Part shown: in pieces, positions 52,208 to 63,238 of the stretch
How the letters are laid out: each line of letters begins with the position of its first letter
Numbering within the stretch: the first letter of the stretch is position 1
Origin: Nitrospirota bacterium
GTDB taxonomy: Bacteria; Nitrospirota; UBA9217
Direction of reading: 5' to 3'
DNA: 64,000 nucleotides
Assembly: GCA_963796285.1 (NCBI GenBank)
Contig: CAWCKW010000010.1
Span: forward strand, 1-64,000
Made by a program: the position numbers and the translations under genes
Notes under the pieces: model-generated
Seen by the model: the letters and a program-made list of their open reading frames with translations, nothing else
Database searches by the model: none
Told to the model about the DNA's origin: nothing

Positions 52208-52729
52208 GAATTTAACGTAAACTTCACTTCTGCTTCATTCTCCTGTAACAGCCCTCCTGTATCATTGACACCATAAATACAAATGCGTACCACGCCATGG
52301 AGAAGGTCGGACGAGTATTTGGCGAAATCAGAAGCTCAAGGAGGATCACATGAACCACATCATCATCAAGATTGAAAGCGGAGTTGTCGACGAAGTCTAC
52401 TACACCGAACCGGTTTCCGTGACCGTCGTTGACGATGACGTCATCGAGGGTGGAGAAACGTTTGAGGGTCGTATGAAAAAAGCAGTTCTGTCCATGATGC
52501 CCGATCAGCGCGTCAGGCCCGAGGAAATCGAGCAGGTGGTCAAAAGGCTGGTGCTCGAATGCAGGCGCCCTGCTGACAGGCGACTGTCTGGGCGGATCAT
52601 GATCGATGTCGACGCAGCGGCATAAGCGACGATCGTTTCTGTCAATTTCCGGGTGGGCAGATCGCGATAAAACATTTAACCAAAACTTAACACCATTGTC
52701 ATAAAGATGTAGCGAGGGTGGCGTACAAT
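52208..52729 (+). repeat. Triplicated cassette copy 2
   Basis: Arrays at 52212 (TTAACG/TTCACT/TTCATT/GTAACA, TATCAT) and 52676 (TTAACC/TTAACA/GTCATA/GTAGCG, TACAAT). Confidence 0.88.
52350..52625 (+). CDS. Hypothetical 91-aa protein, copy 2 of 3
   Basis: MNHIIIKIESGVVDEVYYTEPV...; RBS AAGGAGG. Confidence 0.85.
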   Translation: MNHIIIKIESGVVDEVYYTEPVSVTVVDDDVIEGGETFEGRMKKAVLSMMPDQRVRPEEIEQVVKRLVLECRRPADRRLSGRIMIDVDAAA

Positions 52730-52789
52730 TCGAACCAGATATAAAGAGACCATAATAAAAGAGGCATTATCTCATCTTTGGAGGACCCA

Positions 52790-53671
52790 ATGAAACAGCT
52801 CATGGCAGGTATTGTTCTATTTGCAGTTCTCGCACTCAGTTCGAACGCCGGTGCGCAGGAGTCCAAGATCTTCGACGGGATAATCCGCATCGGCGGTTCG
52901 ACGACCCTGCTTCCCGTAATTGCGGACAGCGCCAGCCAATTCATGGAGAAGTTCGAGACATGGGACAAAGTCGACTCCGCGCTTCCCAAGGTGCCGATCC
53001 TGATTTACGTGACAGGCGGCGGCTCAGGGTTCGGCGTAAAAGCGGTCACGGACGGCACGGTCATGATCGGGATGGCATCGAGGGACATCAAGGAGAAAGA
53101 AAAGGCCGCACTCGGGCAGCATAAAGAATATCTGATCAGCAAGGACTGCGTCGCCTTCGCCGTGAACAAAAAGAATCCTCTTGCGAAAATCGAAAATCTC
53201 ACCCGCGAGGATGTCGTCCGGATCTTTTCCGGTGAAGCCGCTACGTTCAAGGATATCAAGGCAACTCTTCCCAATAAGCCGATTCTCGTGCAGATGCGCG
53301 ATGCTGCTGGCGGGTCCACGGAAGTCCTCCAGAAGGAGGTCCTGAAAAACAAGACTTTCACACAAAAGGCGATCCAGGTGCCGTCTCAGGGCGCAAACCT
53401 TAAAAAACTACAGACAAATACCAGCGTCATCGGCTATATATCGTCGGTGCTCGCACTCCAGAGCCCCGAGCTCAAAGTTTTTCGGTTCGAGGGCGTTGCC
53501 CCCACGAACGAGAATGTCATAAACGGCAAATACTCGCTGACGCGTCCGCTCCTGCTTCTGGTGAAAGGAGATCCCGAGCCCGCCGTTGAAAAGTTCATCA
53601 CGTTCATGCTCAATGAAGGTCAAAAAACCGTTGAAGAGCACGGCTACGTTCCGGTAAAAGCTGTCCAATGA
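52790..53671 (+). CDS. pstS: PstS-family substrate-binding protein
   Basis: Signal peptide; IGGSTT, GGGSGFG, GMASR, IGYIS, YSLTRPL. Confidence 0.82.
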   Translation: MKQLMAGIVLFAVLALSSNAGAQESKIFDGIIRIGGSTTLLPVIADSASQFMEKFETWDKVDSALPKVPILIYVTGGGSGFGVKAVTDGTVMIGMASRDIKEKEKAALGQHKEYLISKDCVAFAVNKKNPLAKIENLTREDVVRIFSGEAATFKDIKATLPNKPILVQMRDAAGGSTEVLQKEVLKNKTFTQKAIQVPSQGANLKKLQTNTSVIGYISSVLALQSPELKVFRFEGVAPTNENVINGKYSLTRPLLLLVKGDPEPAVEKFITFMLNEGQKTVEEHGYVPVKAVQ

Positions 53672-54573
53672 TACAGTTCAGTATTCCGCAGCATCGTTTT
53701 ACGAGCGACGGTCTAGTCCGTTTCGCCAGCTTAGCGGCGCTCTGCTCCGGAATTTTTCTGCTCCTGCTCATCATTGCCTTTGTGCTCCGCGAGTCATCAG
53801 TCTTTTCCGGATTCGGTTTGAACATGCTCGATTTCCTCGTGCGGGACCCCTGGGCGCCGCTTGCCACGCCGCCTACCTACGGCATCTTCCATGCGTGGCT
53901 GTCGACGCTCATTGTCGCAGGAATGAGTCTGGCTGTCGCAGTCCCCTTGGGTCTCGGCATCGGCCTCTTCATCGCTGAGCTCGCGCCCCGGCCGCTGCAG
54001 CAACTCATGCAGCCTGCGCTTGAACTCCTTGCAGGCATTCCCGCGGTCGTCTACGGGTTTTTTGGCTATGTCATGCTGGTCCAAAATTTTGAAACGTGGT
54101 TTGCAATGCCGGCAGGAGAATGCCTGCTCATTGCGGGTCTTATCCTCGCCGTGATGGTCCTCCCGTTTATCGCGAGCACCGCGGCCGAATCCTTCCGAAG
54201 TGTGTCCCGGGAACTGAAAGAAACGGCATATGGTTTCGGCGTCACCAGGCTGTATGTCATTCGCAGGATAGTCATGCGCAAGGCGTTGCCGGGCCTGTTC
54301 GCGGCCGTGGCCCTCGGTCTGGCAAGGGCACTGGGAGAGACACTCGCTGTTCTCATGCTTACGGGAAATTCTTCGGCCAGCCCCGGTTCCCTCCTGGACC
54401 GCGGCCAGCCGATTACGGCGCTCCTTGCAACGGAACTCGGCGAGACGGCCAGCCAGTCGCAAAAATACAAAGCCCTATTCGCGTCAGGTTTTTTTCTCAT
54501 GCTCGTTGTCCTGGCAATCAATATGGCGGTTTGGTTCCTGAGAAAACGGGCCTTGGAGCACTCCCATGCATGA
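53668..54573 (+). CDS. pstC: PstC-family permease
   Basis: ELLAGIPAVVYGFFG, MVLPFI, RALGETLAV. Confidence 0.85.
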   Translation: MIQFSIPQHRFTSDGLVRFASLAALCSGIFLLLLIIAFVLRESSVFSGFGLNMLDFLVRDPWAPLATPPTYGIFHAWLSTLIVAGMSLAVAVPLGLGIGLFIAELAPRPLQQLMQPALELLAGIPAVVYGFFGYVMLVQNFETWFAMPAGECLLIAGLILAVMVLPFIASTAAESFRSVSRELKETAYGFGVTRLYVIRRIVMRKALPGLFAAVALGLARALGETLAVLMLTGNSSASPGSLLDRGQPITALLATELGETASQSQKYKALFASGFFLMLVVLAINMAVWFLRKRALEHSHA

Positions 54574-55477
54574 CATAAGCATACCCTGCCTGCTCGCCGC
54601 AGACCCTGCTGATGCACGCGTCAGACTCGCTTCGTACCGGCGTTCGGTTTTCGTTGATCAGCTATTTCATATTATTTTGTGGGTTTGCGGTCTTCTCGGC
54701 GTCCTTCTCCCGGTATTTATCATCGGCTACCTGCTGATTCACGGAAGCCACAGCCTGTCGTGGACATTCCTTTTCGACCATCCGCGAGGCGCGCCGCTCG
54801 GGACTGCGGGAGGCATAGGGCCGGCTATACAGGGTTCTCTTGCCCTCGCGTTATGCGGGCTTCTCATGGCGTTTCCGCTCTCGCTCGCGGGAGGCGTCTA
54901 CCTTTCGGAGTATGGACGTTCCCGGGTTTTTAACGATTCAGCGCGTTTCATCGTCGAATGCCTGGCGGCAGTTCCTTCGGTCATTTACGGGCTTTTCGGG
55001 TACGCTTTCCTGGTCGTTTTTCTTAAGTTCGGCATTTCTCTTTTCGCGGGAAGCATTGTCCTGGCGCTCATCATGTTCCCGATCATGCTTATTTCCATTC
55101 AGGAAGCGTTCAGGGCAGTTGATCCGGGGTACCGGGAGACAGCGCTCTCCCTGGGCGTTACCCGCTGGTACCTCGTGCGGAAGATACTTCTGCCGAAGGC
55201 ATGGCCGGGCATCGTTGCCGGAGTAGTTTTGGCCGTAGGCCATGCCGTGGGCTCCGCCGCGCCGGTGCTCTTTACCGCGAGCGTCTACTTCTCCAAGGGA
55301 GGCTTGAAACTTGAACAGCCCGTGATGACGCTGCCCACGCATCTCTATCATCTCGTATCGGAAGCAATCTCCTTCGACCAGGCCTACGGCACGGCACTCG
55401 TCCTCATTATCGGATTGCTGCTCTTTAACATGAGCGCCCTGCTTATACGTAAAATAGGGGGCGCTGCATCCACGTGA
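54566..55477 (+). CDS. pstA: PstA-family permease
   Basis: GGIGPAIQGS, YLSEY, LAAVPSVIYGLFG, ALSLGVTRW. Confidence 0.85.
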   Translation: MHDISIPCLLAADPADARVRLASYRRSVFVDQLFHIILWVCGLLGVLLPVFIIGYLLIHGSHSLSWTFLFDHPRGAPLGTAGGIGPAIQGSLALALCGLLMAFPLSLAGGVYLSEYGRSRVFNDSARFIVECLAAVPSVIYGLFGYAFLVVFLKFGISLFAGSIVLALIMFPIMLISIQEAFRAVDPGYRETALSLGVTRWYLVRKILLPKAWPGIVAGVVLAVGHAVGSAAPVLFTASVYFSKGGLKLEQPVMTLPTHLYHLVSEAISFDQAYGTALVLIIGLLLFNMSALLIRKIGGAAST

Positions 55478-56300
55478 CCATACAAACGGAAATTCTCCAT
55501 GCGATCGCGTCTTCCGACGGTATCGCGCCGCCGGCCTTGCATCCTGCGGTTATTTTTGAAGTCAGGAAGCTGTGTGTTTCCTTCAACGGCCGCACTGTCC
55601 TGAACGACGTAAGCACGGCCGCGCTGGACCGCCAGGTGCTGGCCGTTATCGGCCCTTCGGGTTCCGGAAAGTCACGCTTTTACGCGCAATGAACCGGACG
55701 CTGGAACTTGTCCCGGATGCCCGCGTTATTTCGGGAACAGTTCATTTCAAAAACAATAACCTCTATGAACGCGATATCGATGCCAGAATCATTCGGAAGC
55801 GCATCTGCATGGTTCATCAGAAACCCGCACCCTTTCCAATGTCGATCCGGGAAAACGTGCTGTTTGGAGTACGTTTTCATAAGAACTGGAACGGCCGCGG
55901 CAAGGATGAAATCGTCCGGACCTGCCTCGAACGGACAGGCCTCTGGAGCGAAACAAAGGACAGGCTGAGCGAGCCGGCCTCCCGCCTGTCGGTCGGGCAG
56001 CTGCAGCGGCTGTGTATCACCCGCGCCCTGGCCAACGATCCCGAAGCGCTCCTGATGGACGAACCCTGTTCGGCGCTGGACCCGGTCTCAACAGGCAGGA
56101 TCGAAGAACTGATTCTCACTCTGAAGCGCCATCTTCCGGTCATCATCGTCACCCATAACCTGGCGCAGGCGCGCCGCATCGCGGACCGCTGTCTTTTTCT
56201 CTACAGCGGTTTCTCCCTGGAACAGGGAACGACCGAAAAAGTATTTCTGGAACCGGAAAGCAACCTGGTCCGTGATTTTGTAACGGGAAGGACAGGATAA
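55474..56300 (+). CDS. pstB: PstB-family ATPase (frameshift near 55672)
   Basis: IGPSGSGKS then TLLRAMNR, QKPAPFPMSI, LSVGQLQRLCI, LMDEPCSALDP, VTHNLAQA. Confidence 0.85.
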
Positions 56301-56307
56301 CCGCCGA

Positions 56308-57438
56308 ATGCGAAACAAACAGCAACGCGCCGTAATATGCATGTACGACGGTTTCGGGAGCGACTATTACGAACGGAGCCGTCTGCCGATCATGAAAGAC
56401 ATGGCCCGACAGGGCGTGATGAAGCGGGGCCGCGCTATTTTCCCGACGCTCACGAACGCAAATAACATTTCCATTTGTTGCGCATCCTGGCCCGCAGAGC
56501 ATGGCGTGACGACCAATTGCTATTTTGATGAAGCCACGGGAACAGCGCGTTTTCTCGAGGACGCTAAATTCATTCTTACGCCGACCATATTTAACCGATT
56601 CCGGGACAGGGGTGTTCGTTCTGCGCTTCTCACCTGCAAGGCAAAGACCCTTCTTCTTGTCGGCGGAGACGCCGATATTGCCGTGGCAGCCGAATCTCCC
56701 TCGAAAGAGGTCATTGAAAAGTACGGTCCGCCGCCCCCCATGTACAGTCCCGAGGTGAACTATTGGCTTTGGAAAATAGCCGTCGATATTCTCTCGTCAC
56801 AGCCGGATATCGGTCTCCTGTATGTGCACACTACGGATTATCCCATGCATATGTGGGGACCGGAGGAACCGCAGTCTCTGACCCACATGGCCCATCTCGA
56901 CAGATTGTTGGGCGAAGCCAAGAGGGTTGCCCCGGATGCGCTGTTTCTCATCACCGCGGACCACGGGATGAACCCGAAAAAACGGTGCATCGACCTTCGT
57001 AAAACGTGCGCTGCAAACGGAATACAGATTCGTTTCTCGATCTCTCCGGTTGCGGACCGGCTGGTAAAGCACCATCGTGGTTTCGGCGGTGTTTCGTATA
57101 TCTATGTCCAATCAATTGAAGAGATTTCTTTTGTTCAGGCATACTTGAGCACACTGGATGGCGTGGACAAGGTCCTGCAGCGTCATGAAGCTGCTCACCG
57201 TTATCACCTTATGCCGGAACGTATCGGCGATCTCGTGGTCCTGGCGGATATCGACACCGTGTTCGGGGACCTGGACGGACCATATGAAGAATTGGAGAAA
57301 GGGTATCGCAACCATGGTTCGACATATGAGGAGGATATTCCGCTTATCCTGTATGGGTATGAGGGAATATTACCGACTCCGAACGAGTTCGCGATGAATT
57401 TTGATTTGACGCGGTGGCTCTGTCGCACGGTGCTTTAA
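56308..57438 (+). CDS. Phosphonoacetate hydrolase (PhnA)-like alkaline phosphatase superfamily protein 1
   Basis: YDG, PTLTNANNISI, HGVTTN, TTDYPMH, ITADHGMN, KHH, RIGDLVV, RNHGS. Confidence 0.8.
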   Translation: MRNKQQRAVICMYDGFGSDYYERSRLPIMKDMARQGVMKRGRAIFPTLTNANNISICCASWPAEHGVTTNCYFDEATGTARFLEDAKFILTPTIFNRFRDRGVRSALLTCKAKTLLLVGGDADIAVAAESPSKEVIEKYGPPPPMYSPEVNYWLWKIAVDILSSQPDIGLLYVHTTDYPMHMWGPEEPQSLTHMAHLDRLLGEAKRVAPDALFLITADHGMNPKKRCIDLRKTCAANGIQIRFSISPVADRLVKHHRGFGGVSYIYVQSIEEISFVQAYLSTLDGVDKVLQRHEAAHRYHLMPERIGDLVVLADIDTVFGDLDGPYEELEKGYRNHGSTYEEDIPLILYGYEGILPTPNEFAMNFDLTRWLCRTVL

Positions 57439-57453
57439 AAAAAAGGAGACAAT

Positions 57454-58580
57454 ATGGCGACTCAAGAAGTCAATCAGCGTATCGTGGTAGCCCTCATCGA
57501 CGGGCTCGGCATGGATTATTTTGAGCGAGGACCAATGCCGGTCCTGCACAAAATGAGCGAAGAAGGGTTCTACCGGCCAGTCAAGGCCGTTGCCCCGACC
57601 GTGACGAATGTCAATAATGTGTCGGTTTGCTGCGGCGCCTGGCCCGATGAACACGGCATTACGGCAAACTCTTATTTTGATCAGAGTGCCGGAAAAGCAC
57701 GATATATGAATTCCTCCGATATGATCAGATGCGACACTATTTTTCAGCGCGCGCAAAAGAGGGGGGTTAAAGGCGCGCTGCTTACCTCCAAGGGAAAGAC
57801 GGTGGAACTTTTTCACAAGGACACACAACTTGCGATCGCGGCCGAAGCCCCGCCTCCGGAATTCACGGAGCGCTTCGGCCCCGCCCCGGAATTTATACAA
57901 GCGAAATCAACGAATGGCTTTGGCGGGTGGCGATCGATTTGCTCAATACGCGGCCTGACATAGGAGTTCTCTACGTGCACACCACCGACTATCCCATGCA
58001 TCGCTGGGCCCCCGATGAAGAAGGGTCAATGAAGCACCTGTCGAGGATGGACGCGCTTATCAGCGAAGCGAGGGCGGCGGCCCCCGACGCCGCATTATTC
58101 ATCACGGCGGACCACGGAATGAACGCGAAGAAAAAATGCTGGGACCTTGCGCGGGCATGCGCGGAGCAGGGGGTTTCGCTTAAATTTGCCCTCTCCCCGG
58201 AACGGGACTATTATATCCAGCATCATAGGAATTTTGCGGGCACGGGATGGGTTTGGGTTGAGCGGCAATCGGACTTGGCGGACGCCCAAGCAATTTGTCG
58301 CGGACTTGCGGGTGTTGTGAGCGTTATCACACGAGAGGAGGCGAGTGCGCAGTTCAGGCTTCCCGGCGAGTATATCGGCGACCTTATGGTTTTTGGCGAT
58401 CGTCAAACGGTGTTCGGCGATCTCGAAACCGTGTCCGAGGAGTTGCCCTCAGATTATCGGGCGCACGGCTCGCTCTTTGAGCTCGATGTTCCGTTGATCA
58501 TTCACGGCTGGAACGGAGATCTTCCTGCTTACGACTATTTCGAGCGCAACCTTCACCTCACTCGTTTTCTCTTTCGGTGA
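57454..58580 (+). CDS. PhnA-like alkaline phosphatase superfamily protein 2 (frameshift near 57890)
   Basis: IDG, PTVTNVNNVSV, HGITAN, TTDYPMH, ITADHGMN, QHH, IGDL, RAHGS. Confidence 0.8.
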
Positions 58581-58782
58581 TGAGCCTGCATGATCACACC
58601 AAAATCATGACGACACCGGATGGGAGATAGTATATGTCCCTCGAATTGAGCGACCTCAGCTGTTTGAAGCAGCACAGCCTGCCTTGAATTCCCTGTGCAC
58701 TATTTAGAAGCCTTGGATAAATGCAGCATTAGAGCTGCAAAATCAAACCATCGAGACTTGTTATCTCTTAGCAAAACCCACC

Positions 58783-59355
58783 GAAATTAATGCAAAATTC
58801 ACATCCCCTTCATACTCCTGTAATGGCCCTCCTGTATCATGGACACAGTAATTAATCAGCGGCCGATTCCGCATCATCTCGGAACATCCAGCTACGGAAA
58901 CGACGAGAGTGACGTAACCAGACAGTTCAAGGAGGAAAACATGAACCATATCATCATCAAGATTGAAAGCGGAGTTGTTGCCGATGTCTATTTCACGGAA
59001 CCAATCAACGTGACCATCGTTGACCATGACGTCATCGAAGGCGGAGAAACGTTTGAGGCTCGCATGAAAAAAGCGGTCATGTCCATGACCCCCGATCAGC
59101 GCGTCAGGCCCGAGGAAATCGAGCAGGTGGTCAAGAGGCTGGTGCTCGAATGCAGGCGGCCCGCAGACAGGCGACTGCCAGGGCGGATCATGATCAATGT
59201 GTGAAGCAGCGGCGTAAACAGGCCTCTGTTGATCAGTTGCGGGAAGGACATGCTCCACTGGAAAGAGTATCGCTCCGGAGCAGCCGATGGCCCGGAAAAA
59301 ATTAACGCAAATTTCACACTTCTGTAATACGGTGGTAACACTGTTCCTGTAGTAT
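58783..59355 (+). repeat. Triplicated cassette copy 3
   Basis: Arrays at 58787 (TTAATG/TTCACA/TTCATA/GTAATG, TATCAT) and 59302 (TTAACG/TTCACA/GTAATA/GTAACA, TAGTAT). Confidence 0.85.
58941..59217 (+). CDS. Hypothetical 91-aa protein, copy 3 of 3 (one extra base near 59201 gives an early TGA at 59204)
   Basis: MNHIIIKIESGVVADVYFTEPINV...; RBS AAGGAGG. Confidence 0.82.
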
Positions 59356-59362
59356 TCTGACA

Positions 59363-60056
59363 ATGCTTCTGTGTGACTTTCATATTCACACCACCTTTTC
59401 CGACGGTTCGCTGGAGATGAGAAAGACAATCGATCTTTTCGGCCAGGCTGGTTTTGATGTTATCGCGATTACCGACCACGTCGTGAACGGCGACAACACG
59501 ATGGGCAAGTTCGCGCGCCAGTTCAATCTGTCGATCCGGGGAGACAATTTTGACGAGTATCTCGACACACTCAAGCAGGAGGCCGAGCGGGCATGGGGGA
59601 AATACGGTATGCTCGTGATCCCCGGTGTTGAGATCAGCAAGAATTATATCTCGAAGGATGAGTCGGCCCATCTTCTTCTTCTGGATATCAAAGAATATCA
59701 TTCCCGCCTGCATGAGTTACGATGAGATCTTTCTCGAAGCAAAGCGCCAGGATACCCTGACCGTTGCCTGTCACCCTCACCATACCCCGGACATGGTGAA
59801 CAAAGATACGCTCTATCTCTGGAACAACCGCGACAGGTACGCAAAATACATAGATGCCTGGGAGATCGCGAACCGGGACGACGTGTTCAATGTGATCAGC
59901 CTGAAAAAATATCCCTATATCGCCAACAGTGATTTTCACAAGGCCCGGCATCTGTACTCGTGGAAAACGCTTTTAAACTGTGAAAAGAACGTTGAATCCG
60001 TCAAGAACTGCATTCGACACAACAAGGGTGTCGCGATCACGCTCTTCAGGAATTGA
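59363..60056 (+). CDS. PHP-domain phosphoesterase (frameshift near 59700)
   Basis: DFHIHTTFSDG, AITDH, PGVEI, AH, CHPH, ANSDFH. Confidence 0.85.
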
Positions 60057-60106
60057 ATGATGACGAACCAATCAGCGAACACGCATCATCATAGAGGAGG
60101 AGCCAC

Positions 60107-61348
60107 ATGAACATATTTGCCATATGTGCGGCGATCTCAATTGTAGGAATCATCCTTTACCTGCTTCAGGTTGGGGCTACCTATTCACTTTTGAGAAAGA
60201 AACCGAAACTGGACGACCAGGCAACAACGTACGATGTTAATTGTTCCCCACCGGTCTCGATCCTGAAACCCCTCAAGGGACTTGACGACAATCTTTTCGA
60301 CAACCTCTCCAGTTTCTGCCTCCAGGATTATCCCGAACACGAAATTCTTTTTTGCCTCCAGGACTTCAACGATCCGGCCTACAAAGTAGCAAAAAAAGTA
60401 CAGGACAAGTACCCCGACCGGAATATATCCCTGGTCGTGGAAAAGTGCAATGTCGGACTCAATCCGAAAGTCAACAACCTCATACCCGCCTATCGAAAAG
60501 CCCGTCATCCTTACATACTCATCAGCGACAGTAATGTCATGGTGGACAGGAACTACCTGAAGGAGATCATGCGGCATACCCAGGACCCCTCGGTCGGGCT
60601 CGTAAGCAACCCCATCCACGGCGTCGGCGGACGCAGTCTCGGCGCCATCTTTGAGAATCTCCATCTTAATTCATTCATCATCGGAAGCGTCAGCTTTCTC
60701 GACAGGTTCCTGGGAATGCCCTGCGTCATCGGAAAGTCCATGCTTATGAAAAAAGATGATCTGGAGGCGCTGGGAGGCCTGGCAGCATTCAAAGATATCC
60801 TGGCCGAGGATTTTATTATCGGCAGAGAGATGCAGCGGAGCAATAAAAAGGTCGTCCTTTCGAACTACCTGATCAGCAATGTCAACGAGTACTGGGATGT
60901 TAAACGATTTCTGAATCGCCATACTCGATGGGGCAAGCTCAGGTGGAAAATCGGCGGGGCAAAATATTTTATCGAACTGCTTGTCAATCCTGTGTTTATT
61001 GCCGCGTTGCCCGTTCTGCTCATGGGGCCGTCGCACAAGACCCTCTCCTTTGCGGCCCTCATAGGACTCATAAAGGTTCTTGGTGATTCCCTGATCGGAA
61101 GGATGATCGAATCATCAACAGCACGTACATATCTTCACAAAAAATCGCCGCTCATCTATTTCCTGGCTCCGATAAAGGATATTTTCATTGGAATACTGTG
61201 GTTCGTGCCGCTTTTGAGTTCAACGGTTGTTTGGCGGGGAAACCGGTATGTGATAGGACAGGACTCCCGGTTATCGCCCTGTCCGGACACGGGTGTATGG
61301 TCCTGGGGCTATCGTATCACGAACAGCATTCGCGCCCGCATGGCTTGA
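60107..61348 (+). CDS. GT21/ceramide-glucosyltransferase (HpnI-like) glycosyltransferase
   Basis: VSILKPLKG, QDYP, NPKVNNL, ISDSN, LAED, RHTRW. Confidence 0.88.
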   Translation: MNIFAICAAISIVGIILYLLQVGATYSLLRKKPKLDDQATTYDVNCSPPVSILKPLKGLDDNLFDNLSSFCLQDYPEHEILFCLQDFNDPAYKVAKKVQDKYPDRNISLVVEKCNVGLNPKVNNLIPAYRKARHPYILISDSNVMVDRNYLKEIMRHTQDPSVGLVSNPIHGVGGRSLGAIFENLHLNSFIIGSVSFLDRFLGMPCVIGKSMLMKKDDLEALGGLAAFKDILAEDFIIGREMQRSNKKVVLSNYLISNVNEYWDVKRFLNRHTRWGKLRWKIGGAKYFIELLVNPVFIAALPVLLMGPSHKTLSFAALIGLIKVLGDSLIGRMIESSTARTYLHKKSPLIYFLAPIKDIFIGILWFVPLLSSTVVWRGNRYVIGQDSRLSPCPDTGVWSWGYRITNSIRARMA

Positions 61349-61383
61349 CATAAGTATCAAGGAATTGCAGGGAGGGACTCTTT

Positions 61384-63237
61384 ATGATGGATCAAACACA
61401 ATCAAGCCGGATATTTGACTTGAACGTCTCTTTCAAGAACCCGCTGCAGAACAAACTATTTTCGATGATGAAGGGACCGATCGAGCATGTTCTCGACTTT
61501 CCCCGAATGAACCGGCTTTACGATGACGTCCACAGGATGCATGACAACCGGCCCTTTTCGGACAAGATCCTGGAAGAACTGGGAGTGACATACGATGTAC
61601 CGGAAACGGACCTTTCCCGGATCATGATCCCCAAAGGCCCGGTGATCGTTGTGGCGAATCATCCCTTCGGCGGTATCGAAACCGTCATCCTTGCCTCGAT
61701 CCTCCGTTCGATGCGTTGCGATGTCAAGTTCATGGCCAACTATCTTTTGAATGCTATACCGGAAATACGGGACTTGCTGATCCCCGTGAACCCCTTTTCG
61801 GGAGCAACCTCGGTCCGCGACAATATCAGGCCGATCAGAGCATGCATACAGTGGGTGAGGGACGGCGGCATGCTCGTGGTCTTCCCAGCCGGCGCGGTCT
61901 CTCACTTTGATGCACGAACCGGCTCGATCTCCGATCCCGCCTGGAGCCCGAGCATTGCGCGCATTATCCGGAAAACCGGGGCGCCGGCGCTTCCGGTATT
62001 CTTTCAGGGCACGAACAGCGCGGCCTTTCACATGGCAGGTATGGTGCACCCGCTCTTGCGCACGGCCATGCTGCCCAAGGAGTTTTTCAACAAGGACCGA
62101 AAAGAGATCCAGGTGCGCGTCGGCAACCTGGTGCCTGCTGCGAAGCTGCAGGCCTTTGCACAAGATGACGATATGACTGCGTATCTGCGGCTTCGCACCT
62201 ATATTCTGGCGCATCGCGGCGACAAGGCAGCGGTGCCGAGCATTGCGTCCTTTATTCGAAAGGTAAGACACGAGACGAATGGCTCGATCATGCCGCCCCA
62301 GAATCCTGAGATCATGGCCGAAGAAATTTGCCGGCTGCCGTCGAGCCAGACGCTCGTCGAGAGCAACGAGCACGCGGTGATCCAGGCAACGACCGACCAG
62401 ATACCGCACCTTCTGCTTGAGATCGGCAGGCTGCGGGAGATGACCTTCCGCGCTGTAGGAGAGGGTACGGGAAAAGCCGTCGACATTGACCGCTTCGATC
62501 ACTCATATACCCACCTCTTTATCTGGAATCGTGAAAAGAAAGAAGTCGTCGGCGCCTACCGCCTCGGCAAAACCGACGAGATCATCAGGCAGAAGGGCAT
62601 GCGCGGCCTTTACACGAGCACGCTATTTATCTATAAACCGGGGTTTTTTGAACATCTGGGGCCTGCCCTGGAAATGGGGCGCTCGTTCATCCGGCCTGAA
62701 TACCAAAAGTCTTTCACTCCGCTCCTGCTCCTCTGGAAAGGTATCGGCAGATTCGTTGTCGAAAACCCGCGGTATAAAACCCTTTTTGGCCCCGTAAGCA
62801 TCAGTGACGAGTACCAGGCGCTGTCAAGACAATTCCTGGTCAGTTACCTGAAAATGACCAGATACCGCGGCGATATGGCCGGCTTCGTGAAGCCACGAAA
62901 ACCGCTCCATACGAAGCCGTTGAAAGGCTGGGACATCGAGGCCGCGGTCCGTCTTCTGAAGGATGACGTGGAGAACATATCGGAACTGATATCCTGCGTG
63001 GAATCAGACCGCAAGGGGGTCCCCATCCTGCTGAAGCAATATCTCAAACTGGGAGGCGAGATCGCGGGTTTCAACGTGGATCCCGCCTTCGGAAATGTCA
63101 TTGATGGCCTGATCATCGTCGACCTGACGAAAACCGAACCGCGAATGCTGGAACGGTACCAGGGCAGGGAAGGCGCTCGCATGTTCCTTGCCCACCATGA
63201 AGCGCTGAACCGGGACCGTCTTGTCGCCTGCGCGTAA
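61384..63237 (+). CDS. Bifunctional acyltransferase + GNAT (OlsF-like amino-lipid synthase)
   Basis: VANHPFGGIE and FPAG (PlsC-like); LREMTFR..GEGTG...DIDRFD, GAYRL, LEMGRSF, LLWKGI (OlsB-like GNAT). Confidence 0.82.
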   Translation: MMDQTQSSRIFDLNVSFKNPLQNKLFSMMKGPIEHVLDFPRMNRLYDDVHRMHDNRPFSDKILEELGVTYDVPETDLSRIMIPKGPVIVVANHPFGGIETVILASILRSMRCDVKFMANYLLNAIPEIRDLLIPVNPFSGATSVRDNIRPIRACIQWVRDGGMLVVFPAGAVSHFDARTGSISDPAWSPSIARIIRKTGAPALPVFFQGTNSAAFHMAGMVHPLLRTAMLPKEFFNKDRKEIQVRVGNLVPAAKLQAFAQDDDMTAYLRLRTYILAHRGDKAAVPSIASFIRKVRHETNGSIMPPQNPEIMAEEICRLPSSQTLVESNEHAVIQATTDQIPHLLLEIGRLREMTFRAVGEGTGKAVDIDRFDHSYTHLFIWNREKKEVVGAYRLGKTDEIIRQKGMRGLYTSTLFIYKPGFFEHLGPALEMGRSFIRPEYQKSFTPLLLLWKGIGRFVVENPRYKTLFGPVSISDEYQALSRQFLVSYLKMTRYRGDMAGFVKPRKPLHTKPLKGWDIEAAVRLLKDDVENISELISCVESDRKGVPILLKQYLKLGGEIAGFNVDPAFGNVIDGLIIVDLTKTEPRMLERYQGREGARMFLAHHEALNRDRLVACA

Positions 63238-63238
63238 C

